A DNA stretch of 64,000 nt from positions 26,647,190-26,711,189 of the forward strand of contig NC_085846.1 of assembly GCF_035594765.1 (NCBI RefSeq). Direction: 5' to 3'. Position 1 is the first letter of the stretch; every line of letters begins with the position of its first letter. The position numbers and the translations under genes are program-made. This DNA comes from Anolis carolinensis (Eukaryota). The notes under the pieces are model-generated. The model saw nothing but the letters and a program-made list of their open reading frames with translations, did not search any database and had not been told where the DNA came from. Positions 12,101 to 25,272 of the stretch are shown here, in pieces.

Positions 12101-14454
12101 GGCTACCTATTACCTAAACAGTGCTCCTAAATAAACTCTCTACTGAAGTTGTAAATTCCTGCAAAGGTACATATTGGAGGGATGGAGGAAAATGTCATGG
12201 GTAAGCTGAATTCTTATTTGAGGGCGCTAATGTCCTCATTTTGCCTCCACCCTAGATCTATACTACCAAATAGTGCAGTTTGAATTGCATTATATGGTCA
12301 GAGTGTAGACTCATAAAATGGAGTTTGAACTATATAGAACTGCATTATATGGGTCCGTCTACACTGCAAATAATGCAGTTCCAACTGCATTATTTGGCAG
12401 CGTAGATCTAGGGTGGAGGCAAAATTAGGACATTGGCCCCTCAAAAAAGAATTCAGCTCACCCATGACATTTTTCTTCATCCCTCCAATATGTTCTAACT
12501 GCATTATTATGGTAGTGTAGACACAGCCCAACATTCCACCCTATATACACGGTAGAAGCTTTGGGGGATTTCATCCAAGGTATTATTATATCCTCTGCAG
12601 AAATTATTTTGTTGGGAGGTAGGGCTATTCTGGTGGTTTGAGTATTTTAAGGGCTGGTTTGTAATACATCCCAGTCTCAGATCTGAATGTTTTCTCTCTC
12701 TTTTCATTTGGAGAATATTACGTTCTTTTGGGGCTCAACCCTACTTCTCAGAAGTAGGTCTCTTTAAGTTCAAAGATACTTATTTTCAGGTCAGTATGCA
12801 CAGGCTTGCAGATTAAACCTAAACACCCAGTCCAAACCGATGGAGCAATTCTATGTATGCCTACTTGGGAGTAAATTTCACTGCGGTCAGTGGAGATTAC
12901 TGCAAAGTCAGTGGGCCTAGGTTTACAGTTTAAATGTTGTCCCCTCCTCCACCCCTTCCTTGGGTTTTGGTTACTAGATTTTTCTTCTTGAAACACATCC
13001 AAGGCTTCTAACTTTACAAGGGATCTCTAGCTGCTTTATTAACTGCTAAGATGATAAAACCTCACTTGGAACAGTGTTTTTGAAAGGTAGGTCTAGTTTC
13101 AGCTCCTGGAACATTGCCCACATGTGTAAATTGTTTCGCTTCCTTTCAGAGAAGGAATTTTCTTTATTTCTGTTTCTCTCACCCTCCGTCTCCCTTTTTC
13201 ATTCCCTCCACTTACTTAAAAAAAATACTTAACACACACAGATACAACCCAAACAGTAGCGCTGAAAACTCCGCACTAAACACAGGAAATTGAGAAACGT
13301 AATTTTCATCTGTAATGATTTTTAACTCTTTAAAAAATATATTACCAAAACATACTTTATTTTTAATGAAAATAAGATTGCGGGACTTCCCTCTTCAGAA
13401 CTGGAGCTCCTTTCATAGCAAGGACTGACTTGCTTCTGGCTCCCGAATTCTCCAGCAGCCCCAATTCCTATGTATTTCAATTGGGCGCCTGTTTCCTGAT
13501 ACAGTATATTTCTTTTTTTTAAAAAAAGAATGAAAGAGAAGACATTGTGGGAAGCTGAAAACGAACAAAAGGAAATGACTGGAACTGGGGAGATCCTGAA
13601 GGACAGATCTGAGGCTACAGCAGGGCAGACCTCTCTGAAGTTTATGACAACCATATAAACCTTTTAATGGCCCGGATCCTTCTCTTCCGGGATAAGCGAG
13701 GAGGACATTTTCTCCCCAAGTAAAATGGGGTTAAGATTGCCTGCTTAGGCTCCAGTCCTGTCCTCTGGATTCCTTGGAAAGAAGTCCAGGACATTTCAGA
13801 TCTGTTTTAAGGACCTCTGCAGTTGGAACAGCACTTCCCTCCTGAGAAGACTCAAAAGCAGCCAGTTTGGGTTAGGAATGCCTCTCCAGCGTCCTTGACA
13901 TGAAAGTCAAATCCATGGCAGACAAGGGGCTCAGCTCCCAGTCAGAAGTAAATTCTGAGTGTGGTTTCCCTTAAAGTTATGTGAACTTAATCCCCTATCC
14001 TATTTCACCTCCTCGTGCAATTTGGTAACATGTTGGAAGCAATGTAATGCTTCCAACCCTGCTACCCCCAGCCTCGTTGAGGACTCTGTCTGCAACCCTA
14101 TAGTCACCTCCTCAATAAGAGCATATAGTGAAGTCAGTGGGTCTCTCCTACAGCAAGACCTGGAAGAAATATTTGGGAGTTTGGAAGGATAGGCGGGAAG
14201 TTGGGAAAGGTGCTTGTGGAGGGGGTTCCTTTGTTAGGTTTCCGCAATAAATTTCCGAAAACATAGGAGTGGGCAAGGTGAGTATTGCACTATTTATATT
14301 GGGGAAGCTTTCCCCAATCTTTCTCTTTTACTATTCCTTTCTCTAGTATTTTCTATTAAATGAGCTTGCAGTCTTTAAAAAAACCTATTACTTGTTTATG
14401 AAAGAAACAATGGAGTGTGTGTATACGCATATTATAAAGAGCCAAGGCTACCAG

Positions 14455-14456
<2 letters not shown>

Positions 14457-14517
<61 letters not shown>
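14457..14517. repeat. (AAT)n microsatellite
   Basis: Direct read. Confidence 0.95.
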
Positions 14518-14869
14518 GGGTGTGACACTGGCCCACACCAAAGCCCTGCCCTATATATGATAATGCAAAAACAATAACTCAGTGAGGCAGGGAAATACTT
14601 TTAAAAGGAGTTACAACTTAATTAAGGGTACTGGCTATTGTTAAAGCTATTTTCCACATTTAAACAGAAAATCCCACAAACATCAAACAGAAGGCGAAGT
14701 TGTCAAGATGCAATTTGAAGTTGTAAATTTCCAAAAGAAATCTTTTTTGAAGGCTCTTATTTTCTCCAACAGCAGTGTTTTTAAATAGTGTGTTACTTTT
14801 TTCCTTGGTCCTGCGTTAAAATTGGGGATTATTATTATTATTATTAGTGGAGTACTTTCTATTGTTAAT

Positions 14870-14994
14870 GCCAGTTCTCTAACAATTTCCTTTTCACAGA
14901 AAGTCTTTACACTGTAAACCAAACCCAACCTTTTACACCTCTAAGAGCCATTTATTTCAGTTAGCCAAGTCCCACTGACTCCATAAGTTGGGTT

Positions 14995-15031
<37 letters not shown>

Positions 15032-15300
15032 ATGTGGAATGCTTTCTACCTATATCTATATGGAGGATACCTTTTTGGTTGCAGTTTGTATCTCTGATAT
15101 ATCACAGATCTTTAAAATCATGTGAACAGAACGTCTCAGGTCTGGTTTTAGCTTTTAAACCCAACTACCTTTGTTAATACGATTTCTCTAACCATTTCCT
15201 TTTCACGCTCCAGAAAGTCTTTATACTGTAAACCAAACCCAAGCATTTACACCTCTAAGAGCCATTGACTTCAGTTAGCCAAGTCCCACTGACTCCATAA
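14870..15300 (+). repeat. ~120-bp direct duplication (14870-14986 and 15184-15300)
   Basis: AGAAAGTCTTTAYACTGTAAACCAAACCCAA...GTTAGCCAAGTCCCACTGACTCCATAA occurs twice. Confidence 0.85.
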
Positions 15301-15486
15301 CCTCCAGTTTAACTGCTGTTGCTAAACTGGGAAGTTGGAAGTTACCGCTACATAACTCTAATAAGGTTGAAGTTTCTGCAGCAGCAAATTGTCCTTTGCA
15401 AATATTTAGGGTCTGAAGGAAACCCTCCTCTTTTGCGTGTGTTGCTCTTCCTTATCCAAAAGGAAAACTGTAACCCAAGTATGGAT

Positions 15487-15522
<36 letters not shown>

Positions 15523-15529
15523 ACTATGG

Positions 15530-15667
15530 CCACAGCTGAATAAAATCCCACATTATCTGCTTTGAACTGGAATATATGGCAGTGTGAACTCAGACAACCC
15601 AGTTCAAAGCAGTTATTCTGAATTTTTCTACCTTAATATCCTGGGTTATACGACTGTGTGGAAGGGT
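15530..15667. mobile_element. Harbinger-type palindromic MITE
   Basis: Same family as 4256-4813. Confidence 0.7.
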
Positions 15668-16967
15668 CTGGAGCTGTGGTTTTTAAGTGTGTGAATTGTG
15701 CAGGACTATATATAATAATCTTTAAAAGCCAAGATATTGTTTCTTTATCCCTAAACTGAGCACAAAAAATCATTTCTTCCTGTGGTGGGATAGAATCCTA
15801 ATATTGAGTCTTCCCTCAATGTATAGGAGAGAACGACTTACATGGCAGTGCATGCTCTTTTTTTTCTTTTTTTCTTTTTGCAAAAATAAAAAGGAGAAGA
15901 AATGAAAATTAATCCATCCCTGGATACAACTCCAGCGCACAGAAGGCAAATGGCTTTTGCAGATCTTCATGTGTGGTTCACTTCACTGGGGAATCCCTCA
16001 AAGCCCTGGGTCCTACTTCAGGGTTACTCTCCTGAAGTCATTTCGGTATGAATTTATACACTCCAGAAAATTATATACTCTGGCTGCTGACATGCCTCAT
16101 AATTATTTATAGGGGGTGCCTGAGGATTTTCCCAGGAATATATTTATTACAGGTAAAACACGGACAATTTATCTTGCAAAACACCGAACAGGTGTTTCCT
16201 TTCAATTAATGCTCAGTACATTTCATAGCTACTTAATTTTTTAAAACTCCCCTCCCAACAACCACCCAAAATGTCTATTTATCCATTACTTATCTCGGGC
16301 CCGCCAATCAACAAGCCTGTTCCTCCTTTTCCACGAGGCCTTTAAATCATCTCTCTTATATATTTAACCTCAAAGATCTGGTGGGTGAGTCCCTATCGGA
16401 GGGATTTTAAAAACATCAGTGATTCCTGGAACGCCATAAAAACAGGGCGCAGGCTTTATTTTCTGTTTTAATTACGGGACGAGGATTTCTTCCCGAAGAA
16501 AACCGTTCTAACTCTTGAGTAACATTTATTTTGGAAGAAAGGAAAGGAATCCAGGGATTCAGGTGCTGCTGGCTGAATGTACACTGACTTTAGTGGGAAA
16601 TAATTTAGAAGAAATTATTGTTGTATTGTAAACATGCTATTATTTGAAAGGATTTTTCGTATTTAAATATTACTACAGACGTAAATTAAGTCAGGTCAGC
16701 TTCATACTACAGGGGTATAATAGGAAAGGACTAAAATGCTCAGTATATGACTTACAAGGAAGCCACATTGGGAGCTCCTTGGAGTTGGTAATAATTCTGC
16801 AACAAATCCCAACACCTTCCTCTTGTTATTTTGCACAACAACCTTTTACTTTTCTTCAAAAGGAAAGGGTGCAGCCAATTTAAATTAAACACATTTAGAC
16901 TGCAGTCCTATTTAAAGTGGAAAGTGCCACAAAACTCAGGGAAATTTAGTCTGAGTAGATAATCTTT

Positions 16968-17117
16968 GGTCCCTTCCACACAGCTGAATAAAATCCCACA
17001 TTTTTTGCTTTGAACTGGAATATATGGAAGTGTGGATTCAGATCATCCAGTTCAAAGCCGATATTGTGGGATGTTTTGCCTTGGTATTCAGGGTTATCTG
17101 GTTGTGCGGAAAGGCCT
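16968..17117. mobile_element. Harbinger-type palindromic MITE
   Basis: GGTCCCTTCCACACAGCTGAATAAAATCCCACA...GTGCGGAAAGGCC. Confidence 0.7.
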
Positions 17118-19084
17118 GAAGTTCTTTTGCTTTAAATCCTTTAAATTCAGATTGAGAGTTGGGCATTAACCCTCCGTTTGAAACAAGCCTGACAAAAAGT
17201 CATTGACAGAACCTGCTTGAGGAACATTTACTTGGAAGTAAATTCAATTCCCTGCGTACTTGTATCCAGTGTAGAACAAACAAAGAAGAGTTTAAAATGT
17301 ACTGAAACTAGATCCTTTCCTTTAATTCTTCCTTTTTGTCTCTTATCTGACTCTGCACAAAGAAAGGATATCTGAAGGCAGAGATCTGGATAGAAGAAGG
17401 TTTGGGGTATTGGATGCAGGTGCTACCTCAATTTCTCAAGAGAAAAACTTCAGTCTAATGGTCTGTGTATGAATGTATATGCTGTAGTATCTACGAATAG
17501 GTTCTGATTTCTTTCCCCTTCACATCCTTTTGACGAAATCTATTATTCTTTAGCAATACCCAGAAATAATATTCCCCCAGAACTAGATTTGACCCCATAA
17601 AGCTATTTCTTTCCTACGAAAAATTCTTAGACTTGCATTTTCTCTAGCTGGCTTATCTGAGCCAGCAAAATATACTTTTCTCGGATATATATCAGTTTAT
17701 ATCTCCTAGTACTCCCTAACCCTTTTCCTGCCATGGATATATTCGCATACATATTACATATGTATAATGTGCATCTCTTTATCTGATTTCTTCCTCGCTA
17801 ATCACTTCCATGCCTTTGTCTGAAGCAAGGGAGAGAGAGAAAGAAAGAAAGAAAGAGGCGCCCATAATCTCCGTCCCTTAGGTCCTGAAGCATAAGAGAA
17901 ACATACTTAGAGGGAAAAGAGCCATTTTATTTTCCGTGGGGTACACTGACGCTGGGATTAATCTCTTCCTGTTTGCAGAATTACATTTCACAAGCATGAG
18001 CGGAGTTTACTCAAAAAAGAAGGATTGGCCTCTAGAAAGCTGGGTACATTTAAAAAAAAACTGTCACGGGATTTCTAGAGGACTGGAATAATATACCTTA
18101 TCAGGGGTGTTTAGGGTCCAGAAAGGCTTGGACATCTCCTATCTGGAGTCACAGAGGATGGAAATGTTGGGGACTACCTCCATTTCAACCCTCTTTCTCA
18201 TCTGGGCAGAAAATTGGAAGCTCTACTACACTACAAAAGGCAGATTCACAACCGGGTATTATTGATAACTAAGGCGAAGCATAACAGCATGGCTCAATGT
18301 AGCTTCTCTCTTTCAGTCCTATATTTGTTAATTCGGAAGTAAATTCCAGTAAAAGTTGGGAGACACAAACTTACATAGAAATGTATTTAGAATCTGGGTT
18401 GTCAAGCCTGTACTTCGCAGCCGTTGACTTGAATAGGGCTCCTCTGGAATAGGACTCCTCTAGAGCAAAGGAGAGTTTTTTTGCGGGGCTGAATAGGGTT
18501 GGATCTGGCACATCCAAAAGACAGAGAGGGAGGAAGGTGCACTCGAAAGTGTTCAAGGCACCCCCCCCCCCATCCCTTGGCTGCTGGTGCTGATGCCGCT
18601 GCTTTTTTTTTTTTCTTCAAAAACCACCCTCCTTTTCCACAGGCAGTAAATTCAAGGCTATAAAAATCAAAGAAAGCTAATGTAAGTTTTATTCAACTAT
18701 TTAACCGTCTCAAGTCTAACGCCTTCTGTAAGAAAACAAAGAGGATCAGTACCGGATTGGACATTTTACAAGGGTAGTAAAATTAAAGTGCGTGTATATG
18801 GCGGGGAGGGGAAGAAGGAAGGAAGGAGAGAGAGAAAAAATGAATGAATGTGGGTTCCAGGATGGCAACCCCCTCCTGCTGCCTCCGCCTGGCTTTCAAA
18901 ACAAACTGGGAACTCAATAGACTGCAGACCTATATAGACCTATATCTAAAATCGGACTATATACACTCAATATACACACAAGGAAAGGATTGCATTTTGA
19001 AACCTATTGAGGTCTGTAGAGATACACGCCTTTTTGGAAGGAGAGAGACATACATATAGGGGTTATATATGTAAACATGAAGAC

Positions 19085-19304
19085 TGTGTTGTCGAAGACT
19101 TCTATGGACGGAATCACTGGGTTGCTGTGAGCTTTCCGGGCTGTATGGCCATGTTCCAGAAGCATTCTCTCCTGACCTTTCGCCCACATCGATGGCAGGC
19201 ATCCTCAGAGGTTGTGAGGATGCCTGCCATAGATGTGGGAAAAACGTCAGGGGAGAATGCTTCTGGAACATGGCCATACAGCCCGGAAAACTCACAGCAA
19301 CCCA
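19085..19304. mobile_element. Penelope-like element, fold-back pair of pLTR ends
   Basis: A minus copy with tail followed directly by a plus copy, forming an inverted repeat centred at ~19212. Confidence 0.8.
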
Positions 19305-20049
19305 ATGGAGACTATGGCTTCTAATTATGTATTTACTATGGTTCTCACCACAGGCAATATATTTCATTCTGTCATACATAATGCAAGGTATGGCAAACCA
19401 ATGCTGTAGTGTTCCATGGTTTACTATCCACCCAGGCATTACTATATGCAAAACCTTTAATATCATGTTCAATCAAGAGGAGAAAGGCAACAGGATCAGA
19501 AAAACCGAATTTAGCTGTGATCCATAGCTTCCCATCCTTCGTAGGAGCAATAATAATATTCACACATAAATATAATATATGCACAGAGACACAAACGCTC
19601 CGGACACACACCTCAATGTTGTCCTTTGTAACCCCTGGTAGCCATTGGTCTCCCCTGCCTCTTTCAACAAACTTTAGGCGGTTTATATTGCCTTTTTCTC
19701 CCAGCTAAGTAGAAAAAAAGAGAAAAAAAGGGAGTCTAGGGTTGGACTTTATCGATTGGAGGGTGAGATGCGGGGGTGGGTGAGGTGGGAAGGAGAAATC
19801 CCCAACAGGGAGCCTTAGAGGAGGCAAAGAGAGGGCAAAACTCAGCTTTCCCCTTTCATGTTGCAGAAGTCCAAAAGGGAGGGGGGACTCCATAACCCCC
19901 CAACACATACAGAGAGCGGATCCCCCCCCCTTTCCCTGGACGTAACCTCTCGTCGCCACCCTCCTCCTCCTCCTCTTCCTCCCAATAGGTTTGAACTGTA
20001 CGTTCCGGGCTTTCTGAACTCGCTCCGCTTTGCCACATTGCCTCCCCAT

Positions 20050-20511
20050 AACCCAATCCATCCTTGATATGGAATGCAGAGGGCGGTTTGACAGCTCCGC
20101 GCAGCCCCCCCGCCCCTCCGCCCGGATTGATTTACGCCGGCCCTGACGCTTTATCAGCCTCACGAAAAAAGTTTGACCAATCATTTTGCTGGAAGCTCCC
20201 AACCCGGCAGTCCCGACTGTACTTTTTCTTGGCTAGGAAGTTGACGCTGGAGGAGGAGGAGGAGGAGGAAAAGAGGGGGTTTAGGTTAAGCAGAGTGTCG
20301 CCTGTGTTGATTTTCCCCTTCCCCCTTCCCCCCAAATCTATTCCCATTTAGAGACTTATAATACCTATAGAGCCAGCCTAAACTCGAGACCGAGTCCTTA
20401 TTTTATTTTATTTTTTATTAACTCCCTCTTTCGCTCGCTTGCTTGCTTGCTTTCTTGTTTGCTGGCTTTTCCCCCCTTCACTGAACCGTGGGGCTCGTAT
20501 GATGTCCAAGA
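20050..20511 (+). promoter_or_regulatory. HOXB9 proximal promoter / 5' leader
   Basis: CpG-rich, with CCAAT motifs, GC boxes, a Pbx-Hox type TGATTTAC at 20128-20135 and a TATA-like TTATATAA near 20355. Confidence 0.65.
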
Positions 20512-21049
20512 ATGTCCATTTCTGGGACGCTTAGCAATTATTATGTCGACTCCATTATAAGTCATGACAGCGAAGAACCTCCCGCGGCCAAATTCTCCTC
20601 CGGGCAGTACTCAAACTCCCGGCAAAGTAGCCACACTGAGCACCTGGAGTTCCCCTCCTGTAGCTTCCAGCCCAAATCCTCCGTTTTCAGCGCTTCCTGG
20701 ACGCCTCTGACGCCCCACGCGGCTGCCAGCCTGCCTTCGGTCTACCACCCCTACCTCCAGCACCAGAACCTGCCTTCCTCCGAGAGCAGGTACCTGCGGA
20801 GCTGGCTGGACCCCGTGCCCCGAGCAGAGAGCCTAGCCGGGCAGGGAGCCGTTAAGACAGAGCCGCTGCTGGGCGAGATCCGCAAGCAGGGCGCCCAGGA
20901 CTACCCGATAGACCCCGCTGCGGCGGCGGCGGCGGGAAGGGAAGGGGTCGCGCCCGCGCCCGTGCCTGTGCCGAGGCCCAGCAGCAGCGGCGGCTTCGAG
21001 GACAATAAAGTTTGTGAAGGAAGCGAGGACAAAAGCAGGCCAGATCAAA
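20512..21049 (+). CDS. HOXB9: Homeobox protein Hox-B9, exon 1
   Basis: ORF begins MSISGTLSNYYVDSII (Hox9 N-terminus; MSISGTL is typical of B9) and runs to ...CEGSEDKSRPDQ. Donor A|GTAAGT at 21049/21050, phase 1. GC/CpG-rich. Confidence 0.96.
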
Positions 21050-22309
21050 GTAAGTTATAAAAAGTCAGGAAGTAAACAACAGCATTTCAGGAAGGAGAAG
21101 GAGGAGGAGGGGGAGGGAGAGAAACAGCCCAACCAAAGAAACCCCCTCCCCGAAAAAAGACCCTAAGTGTGTCATAAAAGAACACAATGGGCGAGAGAAG
21201 GGGGTCTCTTCTGTCTCTTCTGTTTTGAAAAGCTGGTCTTACTCTTAAAAGAGAATTCTCCCTCCTTTTCTTCGCTCTTCCTCCGGGAAAGAAAAAAAAA
21301 GCCAACTTAGGTAATCTAAGGTTTTTTGGGGGCTGTCTAGGGTGAAAGCATGGTTTGCTTGGCTTAATGTATATGTATATATTTTAAATCAGGGTGTTTG
21401 TGTAATGTGGACGGGTTTGGCTTGAAAATGACCATCTTAACTCTGCTTCCTTTAATACGGAAAGGGAGAGAGAGAGGGAACCAATACAAATTGGACTGTG
21501 TTTCCTTCTCAGTGTGGGTCTGGGAAAAGGGGTGCGTTGGGGAATCTGAGCTGTTAGACTCAAAATAACCCCACAGTTGGGGTGATGATTCCACCATAAA
21601 TATAGCAGAGTACAAAAGTAAACTTCATAACCAGCAGAAACTTACATGTGGTGAGCTAGGATAAGCTTCCATTCATTAGGATGGCACAGGATGGTAGCAG
21701 AGGTCGATGGATGGAATCTATATGGAACCTGGGGAATATATTTGTGTTGTTGTTGTTGTTGTTTCAAGGGAGGGGAAGAACTTTCACGTGGAGAAGCCAA
21801 GTGTGTTTGTCTGTGACTCCCCGCGTCCTTGTTTACCTTAAAAAGGAGCCCCGGTTTCCTTCCGTGGCGCTCTCCCTGTCACTCTGGCTTGTTTGTTGAC
21901 GATTGTTTGTTTATGAAATGCGCCCGACGTGCCTATGAATATTTCAGAGCCAAAACCGCTCTCCTGCTCTTCTCCCCCCCTCCCCGAAACACCCGCTTTA
22001 TATAAAAAACAGTAAAAAGAGAAACGAGCTTAATTGGTTCGTTATATTTTATTTTATTTGCTACGGGGAACAACAGACTGGCAAACTCTTAAAACTTAAT
22101 CGTGTGCTTCTTGGTGCAACCTGGTGGTGGGTGGCTGCTATGAGCTTGCCTTCCCTCCCCCTTGGAGGGCAAAATGTAGGGAAAAGGATTTAGTGGCGGA
22201 GCGGGGGGGAGGGGGTTGGATGGAGGGTCAATAAAATATACCAATAATCTTTGCCTCTTCAATATTTTTTTGCGTGGTAAAGACGAACGCTTTGATTCCA
22301 TGGTCTTTA

Positions 22310-22735
22310 ACCAACCGAGGAGGTTTCAGATATCCTGGTCCAATGTTTGGGACGTTTGTAGAGAATAATAATAGTAAAAACTAAAGTAGTTTCATGTTTG
22401 ATGATCAGTGAGAAAAAAAATCCTCTTGACTATTTCTATCAGCATCCTTTCCCAAGTGATTGAGTTGTAATATTGCATTTAAATTTTCATGTAGAGAGTG
22501 TGCCCTTTTTCTCAGTGGCCTTTGCCCAACCCAAGGAGGTTTCAGACAACTTGGTTCAATGTTTGGGGTGTTTATGGAGAATTATAATAACTAACGTAAA
22601 AACTAAAGCGGTGTCATGTTTGAGGATGTGTGTCTCTCCTAGGAGAAAAATCCCTCTTGACTATTTCTATCACAATCCTTTCTCAAGTGATTGAGTTGCA
22701 ATATTGCATTTATATTTCCATGCAGAGTGTGTGTC
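22310..22735 (+). repeat. ~210-bp tandem duplication in HOXB9 intron
   Basis: GGAGGTTTCAGA...CCTCTTGACTATTTCTATCA...CAAGTGATTGAGTTG...AGAGTGTG occurs twice. Confidence 0.85.
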
Positions 22736-25272
22736 CTCCCTCCAGTCCCAAAACAAAGAGTGCGGAGGGCCATTCCAAGTGGGCATTTTGTCCTTGCCTG
22801 CAATTCCCTTCCTTTTCTCCGTGCCCGGGAGGGGGTGGGTTTGTGGGAGGCAAAAAAAGGCGCATTTGATGTGGGGCTCTTGGCAGGAAATCTTGCTCAG
22901 CGACTGAGGAGCATCCCTGAGAAGATGCGGGAGGTTTGCCATTTTGTCAAAAAGCTCATCTGCCCCCCTTCTACCCTCCTCCCCACCCTCATCTTTCTCC
23001 CCAGCCCCGGAATTGAAGATAGATAAAAATCTTGCCCAAGAAAACCGCTCGGTTCCAGAGGGACAGGGTGCCGGTGGGCGTCCTGTACATGCTAGCTTAG
23101 AAGGTATGTTTGGCCGGCGATGGGGGAAAGGAAGGAAAAGAGGTGGGGAGAGGGAGGGCAGCTCTGTCCAAAATCTTTCCATCCTTTCTAAGCCTCTTCC
23201 TTGAGAAACCAGACCCTCCCAGGACTCTTTTCCTTCCTGATGGGGTGGTCATGGTGGTTTGGCTCCTAAGAACAGCCTGCCAGCCTGACCATTTCTCAAC
23301 CAAAATGTGACTTCCTGTTTGGGGAATAGTGTGAAATGCGAGATAAACGCGTTTTTCCTGTGGCAGACGTCATGTTTCCTTGAAACGCCAAGAAATCACA
23401 CACACGCACGCACATATACACAACTGAAAAAAGAGGGTCATTGCTGAAGATCTCATCCCAACGCCATTAAAAGATAGGTAGCTGTATTAATTATTAACAG
23501 CCATGCCTCGTCTTTAATATTTAATTCTGCCTATTAGAGAGGCGGTCGCTTCTGTTGAGGAAGGGGCTGGTAGGATTTGTAGAGGAGGAAAGATGAGAGC
23601 TAAATCTAATTTCAAACTAACACACACAGGGGAGCGGGGCAAGGCGCACTTTATTTTACTCAGAGGGAAATGCCTCCTGACTTAAGAAGAGCCCAATTTT
23701 TTATTTAAAAATATTTATTTATTTAAATAGTCATACATTTGTAAGTGTTTTTTGCTTACAGTGCAATATTTTCCAGCTCTTAGTGTTTCATTATCATTTC
23801 TGACATACGTATTATCTTTTCTTTAAGGGGTCACATTCTTCTATTTGAATAGTACATATAAAGGTATCATCAACTCTAAATTAATATTCCAATTTGTTGA
23901 AGATGGGTTTTTTAATTTTAATTTCCACAGCCGTCTAGGAAGTCAGACTGGTTAGCTCTCTTCCTCCAGCGCTCTTTGGATAAGTCTTCCCTTCTGTGTG
24001 GGAAAAAACCTACAGAAGAAATCCACCAGATTCCTCTGGGTGGATGTGTGTGTGTGTGTTTTAGAACAGTTCCACTCAAAGTAGTAGCCTGCAGCACAAA
24101 CAACCCTTTGTGGAAGATCTGATGCTTACTCCCACTTAGATCCATGCCTCAGACTAACACAGGATCCCAACCACATCCTGGTCTTTCCTCCAGTCACTCA
24201 TGCCCAGGGACCGAATCTGAAATCACCATTCAGACCAGTAGAGTAAGTAGGCACACTATGGGTTATACAGAACTCCAGAGGAACAGTTCTTAGCTTCTGT
24301 ATTTTCCCCGAAAGAGTGACAGTGTTAGGGGACCCTCCATGTAATTGCCTCTCCACCTCACACACACAACACTAACAAACTACAGCAGGCAATTTGTTTC
24401 ACAGTTGGTAGGCGCAGAGCAGAGGTCCTCCGGATTTTACGGGGGAAAAGGGCCAGAGTACAGGCAGGCGAAGAAGAGTTGAATTATTCATTGTTGTGTA
24501 TGAAGTTCTCTCTATATATGACACTCCACAAAGTAAACTTCATAGCACACCATGCCTCTGAAGATCATGTAGAAGATTTACACTTCTGTAATAACATCAT
24601 GAAGTATCCTTTACTCCTTCCTGATCTTCAGCCTTCTAAGTTTCCTTCTGGTTTTTTCATATATACTCCTTTCTCCTATCGCATACATACAAACTTGAGT
24701 ATTGCATACTCCTCCTTTCTCTTCATTCTTCTAAGTTCCATCCTCGCTCATGTATATCTCAAATTGAACATCTAACTTCCTTTTCATACTTATACAATTA
24801 AGTACTTTATAGTCCTTCCTTATCTTCATCCTCTCCTATATATCTTGAATAATATACCCCTTCTTTGTTCCTTTCCTCCGTCCATGGTCTATCTATCTGA
24901 GTATTATATACTCCTCCTTGTAAGTTCCCCCTCTCACATATATCTCAAATTGAACATACTCCTTCCTTCCTTTTTGCTTGCCTGCCTTCAGCTGCATAAA
25001 CTTGTGAGAATCTCTACATCTCCCAGTCAGAGGAAAATGCTTGCATTGACTTCCCCCTGGCACCATCTTCTGTCCCATGAAGGTCTGTCTGCATAGTAAC
25101 ATCTAAGTACAATAGAAGAATAGATGTGCTTTCCTCAAACTTTCCTTTAAACTCCCTAGAACCTGGTGGGTGTTCTCTTCCCACTTGGTTGGATCAGTTC
25201 AAACACAAGAGTCCCAAGTCCCTCTGAAGTGATGGCTGCCTCACAAAGGTCTCTTTGCTCTTCTCCTTGCAG

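Noticed and set aside
18957-19527. Recurrent peptides WVAVSFPGCMAMFQKH / ECFWNMAIQPGKLTATQ in many ORFs
   Set aside because: They are translations of the non-coding Penelope pLTR repeat, not a gene family.
22383-22404. GTAGTTTCATGTT, a 13-nt match to mature miR-196a
   Set aside because: The seed is wrong (TAAAGTAG), there is no complementary star arm, and the tandem duplicate copy does not keep the match.
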